Positions 10,281-18,815 of a stretch of DNA of 64,000 nt are shown in pieces. The DNA comes from a virus. The DNA lies in IMG/VR virus record IMGVR_UViG_3300032173_000003, positions 23,021 to 87,020 of that record. One strand, 5' to 3'. The notes below the pieces were generated by a model. It worked only from the letters and a program-made list of their open reading frames with translations. It was not told where the DNA came from and did not search any database. The position numbers and the translations under genes are program-made. The stretch's first letter is position 1; every line of letters starts with the position of its first letter.

Positions 10281-11147
10281 TCAGGGAACTAGGGAGAACA
10301 ATTTCAGGGATTTGCATTCCACATCATAGAGACAAAGGTTCATCTCGGATACGGGGACGGGGTCACGGGAGCTACCACCCATTTGCCCGTCAAGTACCAG
10401 GCTATAGTCACTGATATGAATTGCATGGTAGTGCCCAGCTACTCGAACCCAAGTGCGGTTAGGCTCTTTGTTCCACCAGTAAACACGCTCGTTAGGTCCC
10501 CCAGGAGTCGAATACGAAGGTCCGAACATCATTAGGTCCCGCTCTTTGCGACTAGCTTCCTTCACCAGGTAATGACCGTCGTACGCAGGTATTTCCATTT
10601 GGGAGGGGAAGCAGGCGTGAGAGCAGCGGTATTCCACCCCAGCGGAGTCACGGAAGACGATTCCGTATGGGAACGATAGAAGCCACGGCAAGAGTTCTCC
10701 CTTGGTGTCGATACCACCCTTTTCAAAGTCAGAGAGAGTCTGCCTAAGGTCTTGGAAGATGCGCACGTTGTTACCTTTCAGGTACCGCTCTAGCTTATCT
10801 TGGTGATTGCTTCGAAGAACAACCATACCGGGGAGAGACTCTTGAGCCTCCCGAACTGCTTTGTAAACAGCTACTGAGTCACTCGTATCGCACCGAGAAT
10901 CAAACAGATCTCCAAGCAAGATGGGCGTCAGCTTGTTGTTATAGCAGTGGTCCAGTGCTTCCAGCAAAGGTCCGGGTTGGGAATGAACATCCCCGATCAA
11001 GGCGTAGTTGTGTTGGGGCATTTTCATTAAATGGCTATACTGTATTATAGCACGGAAGCCCCGGCTGTCAAGCCCCCGTGTATTCAACCAATGTGACAAC
11101 AGCCCAGGGCTTGACATCCTTTGCGAACTGCTCCAGTTTGGCCACAA
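10281..11147 (-). CDS. metallophosphoesterase; likely start near 11027
   Basis: IGDVHS, LGDLFD, RSNHQ, SHA, AGHYH; sigma70-like promoter at about 11042-11071. Confidence 0.85.
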   Translation of the reverse strand: MWPNWSSSQRMSSPGLLSHWLNTRGLDSRGFRAIIQYSHLMKMPQHNYALIGDVHSQPGPLLEALDHCYNNKLTPILLGDLFDSRCDTSDSVAVYKAVREAQESLPGMVVLRSNHQDKLERYLKGNNVRIFQDLRQTLSDFEKGGIDTKGELLPWLLSFPYGIVFRDSAGVEYRCSHACFPSQMEIPAYDGHYLVKEASRKERDLMMFGPSYSTPGGPNERVYWWNKEPNRTWVRVAGHYHAIHISDYSLVLDGQMGGSSRDPVPVSEMNLCLYDVECKSLKLFSLVP

Positions 11148-11571
11148 TCAGTGCCTCATCGCCTCCGGCAAGTCCGCACCCAATCTTGGGGAAGCCGATC
11201 CGCATCGGTGAGAGGAACTCGTTGGCTAGCCGACCCGTGTACCCGCACAGACGGTTAAGCAAAGTGTCAAAGGCTTCGTATTCAAAAACGTCTTTGTTTC
11301 GGCTATAGGTATGTTGGGTGTAGGCATTGATAATGAAGAAGAAACCTCTGCCATTACCGCTAACAAGAGCATCGCTCCAATTGCCAAGTTTGTCCTTAGA
11401 GCCATAAACCGTGGCCTTATCAGCAGCAACTGCTGCGGGAAACTTCTTAGCAATCTGACCTGCAATGCCTGATTTCATTGCGTGAAAGCAGTTACAACCG
11501 TGAACAATCACATCGAACTGACCACCTTCTGCCAAAGCCAGTAAGTCACCCTCAATAACTTGCAAAGTCAT
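11068..11571 (-). CDS. macro domain (ADP-ribose binding/hydrolase) protein
   Basis: GDLL, VHGCNCFHAMKSGIA, NAYTQ, FPKIGCGLAGG. Confidence 0.9.
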   Translation of the reverse strand: MTLQVIEGDLLALAEGGQFDVIVHGCNCFHAMKSGIAGQIAKKFPAAVAADKATVYGSKDKLGNWSDALVSGNGRGFFFIINAYTQHTYSRNKDVFEYEAFDTLLNRLCGYTGRLANEFLSPMRIGFPKIGCGLAGGDEALIVAKLEQFAKDVKPWAVVTLVEYTGA

Positions 11572-11840
11572 TTCCTCTCCGCAACTTGAAAGTTAAGCTC
11601 AGCGTAGTGGTCAGTCAGATAGGACTTGATTTCTTTGAGTTTTGCAAGTTGGGCATCCCTATCTGCCTTCGCATTGTTGAAGGCGTCCGGACCTTGGACG
11701 TAGTAATCACGTGCGTGGAACTCAATGTCGTGGAACTTGTCAATGGCTTCTTCCAGGGCGCGGTAAGCGTTACGGTAGCCATCAAGCAGGGTACCACCCC
11801 CTGAGCCGTTAATGTGGACGGTAGGTAAAGTGCGAGTCAT
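11568..11840 (-). CDS. hypothetical phage protein
   Basis: 90 aa ORF, PTVHINGS...HARDYYVQ. Confidence 0.65.
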   Translation of the reverse strand: MTRTLPTVHINGSGGGTLLDGYRNAYRALEEAIDKFHDIEFHARDYYVQGPDAFNNAKADRDAQLAKLKEIKSYLTDHYAELNFQVAERK

Positions 11841-11849
11841 TTAGTCCTC

Positions 11850-12293
11850 TTAGTTAATAGTGTTGGTGCCGTCTAGCTCGGCGGTGATGGCGCGGGGTTG
11901 TCGTTGTACAAAGTGTGCAAGATCGTTACCCGGCCAAAATCTTTTTCTGTTGTTTGATGCTACTTCCCCTTCTTCGTTGAAAGTATCTAGCCAGTGGCTA
12001 TTGCGCCAATCATTGTGGAAACCCTTGTACCCTCCACGATTCTCCCGGTAGTACATAGTGATCTTTGAAGCATACCATTCGTCGTATTCGCCAACCTCAC
12101 GGGCAGACATAGTGAACTTACACTCGGGAATGTTATTTGTTTTCACTCCCCAAACTCCGGTGTGTGCTTCAGGGTTATTGTGCCATACGTCTCTGGCACT
12201 TAGCCATTCTCCTGAAATAGCGCACCAACTTTCAACGGGATGAAGACCACCTAAAGCTACTCGATAGTGAATGCAGGATGAACAAGGTGACAT
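11850..12293 (-). CDS. hypothetical protein
   Basis: 147 aa ORF. Confidence 0.55.
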   Translation of the reverse strand: MSPCSSCIHYRVALGGLHPVESWCAISGEWLSARDVWHNNPEAHTGVWGVKTNNIPECKFTMSAREVGEYDEWYASKITMYYRENRGGYKGFHNDWRNSHWLDTFNEEGEVASNNRKRFWPGNDLAHFVQRQPRAITAELDGTNTIN

Positions 12294-12538
12294 TAGTTAG
12301 AACCCTCCAGCTCGGCGGCGATGGCTAGCAAGTAGCCGCGAGTCGTATTCTGCGCTAACCACTGGCCATATTCAAACTCGATGTTTGGGTCGGGGCGATC
12401 CGAAATCGGCACCACCAGATCAGCAGCAGCCCGCAGGGCGGCGGCAGCAATCCAAGGTGCATAGCACTCGGCATTAACTTCAAACAAGGCAGCATCCAGC
12501 ACGGCCTGAGCGGCGGGGGATAGCGGTTGGTCAGTCAT
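12293..12538 (-). CDS. small protein, LSPAAQAVLDA paralog family
   Basis: Paralogous to 16547..16792 and 22348..22608. Confidence 0.7.
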   Translation of the reverse strand: MTDQPLSPAAQAVLDAALFEVNAECYAPWIAAAALRAAADLVVPISDRPDPNIEFEYGQWLAQNTTRGYLLAIAAELEGSN

Positions 12539-13013
12539 TTGGCAGGGCCTCGGCGGCGATGGCAGGCATCGGCAGCGCCCAGTGGGGGAGCCAGTGGGTG
12601 TGAATGGTCTGATTGATCCTGGTCAGCTTCCAGTGATCCAGTACAGGATTAAACGCCCACACTGCTTCAAAAGGATTGCAATCAGAAAACTCAGGCCACC
12701 GCTCGCTCACCGGCTCGGGCTGGGCCAGGGCGGCGCGGGCTTTTTCAAGCACGTCTTCGATATTCAGGTCTAGATATGCGCTGCCACCCCTATCTTCGTC
12801 CAGCAGGTGCGGGGCCTCACCCCAGACCATTGTGTGAAGTTCCTGCAGCTGCTGGATCAGCTCAGCGCACAGGGCTTTGTAATCGGGGTCAGGCATTGAA
12901 ACTTTCTTCACTTGTGGGACCAGCGGCGTGGTGCTTGAATAAGGTATTCGGTAGGGTCTTCTCCACTTCGCCAAGCATTGCGTATTGCTTTGGGAAAGAA
13001 TGTTTGCCCACAA
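12531..13013 (-). CDS. hypothetical protein, ALCAEL..ARAALAQPE paralog family; likely start MPDP near 12896
   Basis: Shares modules with 22798..23529 and 19611..19850. Confidence 0.6.
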   Translation of the reverse strand: MWANILSQSNTQCLAKWRRPYRIPYSSTTPLVPQVKKVSMPDPDYKALCAELIQQLQELHTMVWGEAPHLLDEDRGGSAYLDLNIEDVLEKARAALAQPEPVSERWPEFSDCNPFEAVWAFNPVLDHWKLTRINQTIHTHWLPHWALPMPAIAAEALPND

Positions 13014-13336
13014 TTACTATAGCCGGCGCAAGATGCACCACTTTGATATGCAGATCCCGCCATGGGTTTGTATAAACCAGCGGCTTGGACCCACTCGCTA
13101 AAGGTAAGTCCTTCGCAGTTGATGTCGTGATAGGCCATGTTTATTGCGTTTTTAGGGTTGGGTTAATAAAAGATACTGATTCAGACCAGTATTCATTTGT
13201 AAGAGCCTTTTTGTTCAATTCCTCAACTCTGTCTTCCGCTTCTTTCAAGGTCTGATAAATCTCAAATGGACGGGCGGAAAATCTGGCAAGTGGGCTTTTA
13301 CGCTCTGTCATGACAACGTACATTTTTGAAGTCATT

Positions 13337-13615
13337 TCAGCTGGCCTCCTCCTGCAAATAGCCGAACAGCTCCTGTAACAGGGCGTTACCCGCAAGGTCC
13401 AGAGGGGCGGGGGCGGCCTTCATGTTGAACTCTTTGAGCAACCAGCGAGCAGCGGCTCTCCCAGATTCGGAGTAGGGCTCGGCAGTGGCCAGTTGCTGGA
13501 AGAAGGATACCCTGGCAGAACGGTCGCCAATGAAGAACTGACCGATAGTGTGGAAACCGACCAGACCTACGGTTCCGAAGAAAGCGCCAGGGGCAGCAGC
13601 GTATATGGTGCTCAC
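13337..13615 (-). CDS. hypothetical protein
   Basis: 92 aa ORF with promoter upstream. Confidence 0.55.
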   Translation of the reverse strand: MSTIYAAAPGAFFGTVGLVGFHTIGQFFIGDRSARVSFFQQLATAEPYSESGRAAARWLLKEFNMKAAPAPLDLAGNALLQELFGYLQEEAS

Positions 13616-13695
13616 GGGGTCACTTGGTTGACTACCCCCATATCATACCACAAAACCCAGACGGGTGCAACCTGCCTGGGCTTGTGGATTTGGAA

Positions 13696-13814
13696 TGGGA
13701 CCGGCAGGATTCGAACCATGCAACCACTCCTTTAAACGAGGTATTTTTTAATTGCTGATGTATCTTGTACAAGATAACTTTTATTTAGTGCTCTACCAGT
13801 TGAGCTACGGTCCC
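13696..13814 (-). ncRNA. tRNA-like RNA (Lys-like body) with stem-CAGCAA module in anticodon arm
   Basis: GGGACCG/CGGTCCC acceptor, GCTC/GAGC D arm, TTCGAAT T loop; insert TATCTTG-TA-CAAGATACATCAGCAA. Confidence 0.75.
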
Positions 13815-13844
13815 AAGTTTCCGGGTGTCTACCCCGGTTTTAAC

Positions 13845-13898
13845 TAGATAGTTGTTTTTCCTTTGGGTTAGCGAGAAGGTGTTTAGCTGAACTATCTA
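13845..13898 (-). ncRNA. small stem-CAGC RNA (Y-RNA-like candidate)
   Basis: TAGATAGTT-CAGCTAA...AAAAAC-AACTATCTA. Confidence 0.6.
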
Positions 13899-13918
13899 CG
13901 TTTTTCAAAGAAAAACAA

Positions 13919-14041
13919 TCGAAGAGGCAAGATTCGAACTTGCGTATAGCGGTTCCCTTAGTGTATTTAATTGCTGAATCATCTCTATCGAGATAATTTT
14001 TTTTTTACATGACCGCTGCCTGACCACTCGGCTACTCTTCG
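13919..14041 (-). ncRNA. tRNA-like RNA with stem-CAGCAA module in anticodon arm
   Basis: CGAAGAG/CTCTTCG acceptor, GCGGT/ACCGC stem, GCAAG-TTCGAAT-CTTGC T arm; insert TTATCTC-GATA-GAGATGATTCAGCAA. Confidence 0.75.
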
Positions 14042-14047
14042 TTATTC

Positions 14048-14132
14048 AAGGTGAGTTTTGCTGGATTTGAACCAGCTAACTTGGGGTGTTAAACCCCGCG
14101 TATTAACCTATTTTTAATAGCTGCCTCACCTT
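14048..14132 (-). ncRNA. stem-CAGC RNA enclosing D-like, anticodon-like and T arms
   Basis: AAGGTGAG-GCAGCTA...GCTGG-TTCAAAT-CCAGC-AAAA-CTCACCTT. Confidence 0.7.
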
Positions 14133-14159
14133 CTGAGGTTGTTTCCGTTAAACGGAAAA

Positions 14160-14278
14160 TCGGGGAAGAAGGAATCGAACCTCCGTCACGTCCTGTCTGA
14201 TGGAATTTTAGTAATTGCTGTCTGTACCTTAAACAAGATAACTGTTAATTACGTGTGCTACCACTGCACCATTCCCCA
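14160..14278 (-). ncRNA. tRNA-like RNA with stem-CAGCAA module in anticodon arm
   Basis: TGGGGAA/TTCCCCG acceptor, GTGC/GCAC D arm, TTCGATT T loop; insert TATCTTG-TT-TAAGGTACAGACAGCAA. Confidence 0.75.
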
Positions 14279-14324
14279 TTGTTGCCCCGGTAAACTACCG
14301 GGGGAAATTGACTTTAGTGAAACA

Positions 14325-14375
14325 AGATGGTTGGGTTTCTGTTGAAAAGAAAGGTTTTTGATTGCTGAACCATCT
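14325..14375 (-). ncRNA. small stem-CAGCAA RNA, first unit of array
   Basis: AGATGGTT-CAGCAA...TTTCT-TTTCAAC-AGAAA...AACCATCT. Confidence 0.65.
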
Positions 14376-14380
14376 GGGTG

Positions 14381-14409
14381 TATTATAGCAGTGTTGCTTG
14401 GGCGGTAAA
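14381..14409 (-). promoter_or_regulatory. sigma70-like promoter driving the ncRNA array
   Basis: TTTACC-N~17-TGcTATAAT; predicted start about 6-7 nt downstream, at the first stem. Confidence 0.7.
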
Positions 14410-14413
14410 CGGC

Positions 14414-14599
14414 CTACTTCTCGTGAGTGGCAAGCTGTAAAATCAACCAGAGGGCCGTAATCCCCAGCAAAAAGACAGGCACAAGTGTGGGGGCCATCAC
14501 GGTAAGCCAGGGCCAGGAGACCTGACCCGTTACTTTCAAAGTTATGAAAACGGTCTGCAGAACAGTGTTTAGAGCGCCCAGCAGTTTGAATTGGGTCAT
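14414..14599 (-). CDS. small membrane protein
   Basis: FITLKVTGQVSWPWLTVMAP, paralogous to 26889..27143. Confidence 0.65.
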   Translation of the reverse strand: MTQFKLLGALNTVLQTVFITLKVTGQVSWPWLTVMAPTLVPVFLLGITALWLILQLATHEK

Positions 14600-14901
14600 G
14601 AATCTTTACCGACGCTAGGATTGAAGGACTAAAACTAGGTACAGGGCAGGTGCCATACCAAACCGGGCAATATCCCGTTTTTCTAAACGTTATTTACCCC
14701 AAAGAAGCTGGAATAAGTTCCTCTTTCTTTTTCGTTTAGGGACATCTGTCCAGAAGTTCCTCACCGTAACTGTTTCACCGTTACCTAGGTCTATGTTTGA
14801 CGTAGGTTTGGAACGGTCCCGATTAAAGAACCCTTGCTGAAAAGCCTCAGAAATTGCAGGGTTTGCTAAGATGGCCCTGAGCTGGGGGGAAATGATGCCC
14901 T

Positions 14902-16368
14902 TCACGATAACCCGAACGCTGTACCAACTGGGGCGTAACGCTCGGCATAGACCGCATTCTTCATAACCTCGATGGGAGTAATCACCTTGCCGGTAAGAAC
15001 CGATGTGAGGATTGAAGGGCTGCAGCCAGAAACAAGGCAAGTGCCCGTATCGTGCATCTTCATGGGGACGTTGCCCCCGGCGTTAACATTCCAGAACACA
15101 AGCTCAGGCAAAGAATATCCAGCTTGGGCGTACTTGATTCGGATTGCTTCAAAGTTTGTAACTGAAGCCCCTGTGCAACACCGGTCAAACTCCATGTCTG
15201 AAACAATGATGAGCTTGCGGGGCATGTCTCCTTCGGGGACATTGTTTCTAACCGCAGTATTCAACACCAGGTTAAATACCGCTTGAAGGTCCGTACTCAT
15301 CCCCCAAGCTGCATTGGAAAGGTTCCTGATGCGTTGGGCAATTGTTTGACCAGTTACAGTTTGCAGTTCGGGAGTTGAAGAGAAAGTCAAGAACTTGTCT
15401 TTCCAGATCCCAGTGTTGCGCTCCGAGATATACATCGCCATAGAGATGGAAACTGCCATAGGAGTTCCATACATGGAGCCAGAGACGTCAGCAACAACAA
15501 GTCCGTTAAACTCTTGACCCTCCATGTAGTTAGGCAGAGCCTCCCACATTAGGTTCAGGGTTTGGTCACTGGATTCACCTTTGTTCAGGTACTTGTCTAC
15601 GATTTCGTAAGGATAGATGGTGCCAGCATTAATCTTAGCCTCACCCTTTTCAACAGCATTGAGGTACGTTTGGTAACGTTCCCCATCACGTTTTGCGAAA
15701 GCCTTGCGATACATAAAGCCAGCCCGAGAAGGCAACTTGCTGTAATCAATATTTTCCCATTCACGGGAGCACATTGCTTGTTCGACAATTCGGATTTGCG
15801 TACGAAGGGCGGTGAGAGCCTTGCGGTATTGGCGCTCAGACCAACCCATTGCTTCGGCAATCTTGCGGCCGATGCGCTTTGATTCTTTACTGGAAGCATT
15901 AACCGAAGGCAGCCACTTTGCAAGTAGGGAAACAGAGTTTCCTACTTCCGTATTCAAGTCAGTGGTAAGCTGAGTCTTGATGGCGTTCAAGGCAACATCC
16001 CAGACCAGGGTTCCCTCAAGTACCACCAAGTCGTCCCAACGTCCGAACTCAGGAATCAGACCGACAAGTTTAGCGCCGATTGTAGCGTCACTGCGCACAA
16101 GTTCCTTAAACAGTTCACGGAAGATTTTGCGCTCACCTTGGCCTCCACGAATGTCGCGAGCCCAAAATAGAATCCTGGCTGCAGTTTCTGCGTCTTCGGC
16201 GTAAGCCAGGTTGAATAGGCGAACGGCTTCAGGCACATTGTCACGGCAGGCCGCAATCTTACCAAAAAGGTCAAGATTCTTGGAACCTGTGGACTTATAG
16301 GCTTTTGCGCCGTTTGCAGTCGTGGTGGTATTGAAGTTGTTCTCTAGAGCGTTTAGAAATGTCGTCAT
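14902..16368 (-). CDS. DUF2828 family Ro60/TROVE-like protein with C-terminal vWA domain
   Basis: TANGA..STGS..LDLF, FWARDIRGGQGER, GRWDDL, SLLAKWLPS, VADVSGSM (MIDAS), SDMEFD, VFWNV, VSGCS. Confidence 0.85.
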   Translation of the reverse strand: MTTFLNALENNFNTTTTANGAKAYKSTGSKNLDLFGKIAACRDNVPEAVRLFNLAYAEDAETAARILFWARDIRGGQGERKIFRELFKELVRSDATIGAKLVGLIPEFGRWDDLVVLEGTLVWDVALNAIKTQLTTDLNTEVGNSVSLLAKWLPSVNASSKESKRIGRKIAEAMGWSERQYRKALTALRTQIRIVEQAMCSREWENIDYSKLPSRAGFMYRKAFAKRDGERYQTYLNAVEKGEAKINAGTIYPYEIVDKYLNKGESSDQTLNLMWEALPNYMEGQEFNGLVVADVSGSMYGTPMAVSISMAMYISERNTGIWKDKFLTFSSTPELQTVTGQTIAQRIRNLSNAAWGMSTDLQAVFNLVLNTAVRNNVPEGDMPRKLIIVSDMEFDRCCTGASVTNFEAIRIKYAQAGYSLPELVFWNVNAGGNVPMKMHDTGTCLVSGCSPSILTSVLTGKVITPIEVMKNAVYAERYAPVGTAFGLS

Positions 16369-16380
16369 TTTTCTTTGTGC

Positions 16381-16430
16381 AAGTTGATTGTTTTGTGTGT
16401 TTAAGATACAAGTTATGGCTGTATCAACTT
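16381..16430 (-). promoter_or_regulatory. stem-CAGC module in DUF2828 5' leader
   Basis: AAGTTGAT-ACAGCCA...AAAACA-ATCAACTT ending 12 nt before ATG; promoter TTTACC..TATACT at about 16464-16492. Confidence 0.6.
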
Positions 16431-16546
16431 TGATCCCGATGGCTGAACCACCGTTCTGTGCCTAGTATAGCAAGGGGGGCTAAGGGGGTAAACTCCGTTC
16501 CCGCTTCCTGGGTCTATTGTAGCACGGTGGAGGGAGGGTAAATGCC

Positions 16547-16792
16547 TCAGCTTTCCAACTCGTTTGCGATGGCAAGAAGTTCGTGTCGTATTAGTTGAGC
16601 TTTATGGTTCATCCCCCATATCATAGTTTCCCTATGATTTTCAAGATTTTCCTGAGGTTTGATTTCCATAAAAGGTAACAGCTCATTTACAGCAGTTCGC
16701 AGGGCGGTGGCCACTGCCGCTTCCAATTCGTCACAGTTTTCGTAGGCATCCCTAATTGCCTGTGCGACAGGAGACAGTGATTGGTCAGTCAT
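16547..16792 (-). CDS. small protein, LSPAAQAVLDA paralog family
   Basis: MTDQSLSPVAQAI...LLAIANELE. Confidence 0.65.
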   Translation of the reverse strand: MTDQSLSPVAQAIRDAYENCDELEAAVATALRTAVNELLPFMEIKPQENLENHRETMIWGMNHKAQLIRHELLAIANELES

Positions 16793-16887
16793 TTGGCAGG
16801 GCCTCCAGGGCGCGGCGGATTAGCTTTTCTTGATTCGTTGGTCCAAGCATGTGATCTTCGATTTCGGAAGGGATGATGTCCATTGTG

Positions 16888-17370
16888 TCAGAGTTTGAAA
16901 GGAGAGACGATAATACGAGGTTCAACATAAACAGGGCGGGTTTTGCCATTACCACTGGGGTCTGAACACATCACCCAAGACCCTTCTGCACTACTCGGAG
17001 AGAACAAACCATCGGGGTCTGCTTGAGGGAGAGTTGCACCAGCAGTGCCTACATACTTCTCAGGATTGGTGTATTGTGTGGCAGCAGGAATAGCATAACC
17101 GACAGAGTTACACAGAAACACAGGACGACCAGTAGTTTCAGGAACAGTGTAAGTATAAGTTACCAAACCGTCTTGGTCACGCATCTCAATAATCTGCTTC
17201 ATCAACTTACGTGTGCGGAAGTTTTTGATAGCAGGCATACCAGTTTGTGCCGTGCCCTCTTGAAGCATACGTTCTTGTTGTACTCGTTGCGTATCATCAG
17301 AACTTTCTGCACATCCAGTCAAGGTCACACCGAGAAAGGCAATGGAAGCAATAGCAAGAAAGGGTTTCAT
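16888..17370 (-). CDS. putative lipoprotein
   Basis: Lipobox LTGC; TQYTNP, PQADPDGLF, VYVEP. Confidence 0.75.
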   Translation of the reverse strand: MKPFLAIASIAFLGVTLTGCAESSDDTQRVQQERMLQEGTAQTGMPAIKNFRTRKLMKQIIEMRDQDGLVTYTYTVPETTGRPVFLCNSVGYAIPAATQYTNPEKYVGTAGATLPQADPDGLFSPSSAEGSWVMCSDPSGNGKTRPVYVEPRIIVSPFKL

Positions 17371-17372
17371 AA

Positions 17373-17690
17373 TCAGTTAGGGAGGTTGGAAATAAAAGAC
17401 TGAAGACCAGAAGGCATAGCATCAGCAGGAACTTCAATAGCACGATGCCTAATCACATCAGCAAGTGCTTTTTTGTGTTCGGGAGATGCTTTAATGTACT
17501 CAAATTGCATATTTTGCAACTCTTGCACAGCACCAGTTCGGAAAGACTTTGATTGCTCAAAAGTATTCCTCCGAACATTCTCGTACTTGGGGGCAAAGAA
17601 TGAGGTGAATAAAAGGTCATGGTAGGTGATGCCCCAGGTCAGGGCACCGACGCCTACCACACCACCAACAATAGCAAGAAAGGGTTTCAT
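17373..17690 (-). CDS. membrane-anchored hypothetical protein
   Basis: N-terminal TM, ENVRRNTFEQSKS. Confidence 0.7.
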   Translation of the reverse strand: MKPFLAIVGGVVGVGALTWGITYHDLLFTSFFAPKYENVRRNTFEQSKSFRTGAVQELQNMQFEYIKASPEHKKALADVIRHRAIEVPADAMPSGLQSFISNLPN

Positions 17691-18158
17691 AAGTTTCAGT
17701 TGTGAGTATTCATGGAAAAATTTTCAGGGCCAGGGTGCTGGTTTTCCAAGTACCAGGGAGACGGTTACCCCGCTTCCCGACAATAACGGGCAAATCACCA
17801 ACCATTTCAACCACTGTGTCAATGTCGAACACCTCCAAAGTAGCCATATTGTGACTACCAAACCAACGAGTTCTACCCGTAGCTCTGGCAATCAGGCGGC
17901 TCCCCCTGGCATCTTCCAGGGCAAACTCCCCCTCTTCAAGACACAGGTCCTGGGGAGCTACAGGCAGAACATCCCACCAACCCCACCAACCACGTTTCCG
18001 GCCATTGGGGGCTGCGTCACAGTGACTAGCACTGAAACCGTTGCGAGTGATGGGACTGAAGGTTGCGGTGGCGAACATGGAAGACTCCGTGTTGGTTGCT
18101 GTGTATATTGTAGCACGACGGGGGAGAAAGTTCAAACCCCCCCCCCAACCCGTGACCA

Positions 18159-18815
18159 TCAGGCAGCCAGGATAGCATCCAGCAGATTAGCCGATTGGAA
18201 GTCCCGGAAATCTTCTTCCAGCTCGGCCCTGGCACCCTCACCAGCCATCTTAGCCAGACAGATGGGGCCGATGCCACCGAAGACGCTCACAGGGTCAACC
18301 AGGCCCCGACCGCAGCAGCTACAGGTTCCGGTCTTGCGGCCATATGCCACAGCAGCGTTCTTGGGGTCGTTGGCAACCTGGGCCAAAGTTTCAGCTACGC
18401 TGGTGCTACCGTCAAAGGTACCAGTGCGGCTAATTTTACCAACATAGGCCCCGTTCTGGTATACGTAGGCGGCACCGGCATTGTATCCCTTGGTGACTGC
18501 CTTGACGGTAGCACCTTCGAAGCGGAGGATAACCTGGCGCTTGGCTTTCTCCTGCATCTTGGCAGTCAGAGTAACCAATCCCAGGAAAGGTCCCACCGTC
18601 TCAGGAGCTTTGCGAGCATTCAGGGTATCCTGGGCAGTCTTCAGAGCCCACATCTGTTGCTTGTGGCTAGGGCTGCCAGCGTAGAAGCCAGCCAGGATCC
18701 AGTCAATGAAGCTGCTAGCGGGCAGAGTAGCCACGATCTCTTGGGCTTGCTCGATGCTCAAGTCAGTGGTGAAGGTGATGAGTTTGCCAGCAGCAGTGAC
18801 GACTTGGTAGTTCAT
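18159..18815 (-). CDS. DUF6011-like zinc-finger protein
   Basis: YGRKTGTCSCCGRGLVDPVSVFGGIGPIC. Confidence 0.75.
   Translation of the reverse strand: MNYQVVTAAGKLITFTTDLSIEQAQEIVATLPASSFIDWILAGFYAGSPSHKQQMWALKTAQDTLNARKAPETVGPFLGLVTLTAKMQEKAKRQVILRFEGATVKAVTKGYNAGAAYVYQNGAYVGKISRTGTFDGSTSVAETLAQVANDPKNAAVAYGRKTGTCSCCGRGLVDPVSVFGGIGPICLAKMAGEGARAELEEDFRDFQSANLLDAILAA

Noticed and set aside
13696-14375. Array as CRISPR or as group I intron-containing tRNAs
   Set aside because: Repeats are not identical, no cas genes are present, and the 50-60 nt inserts are too short for self-splicing introns.
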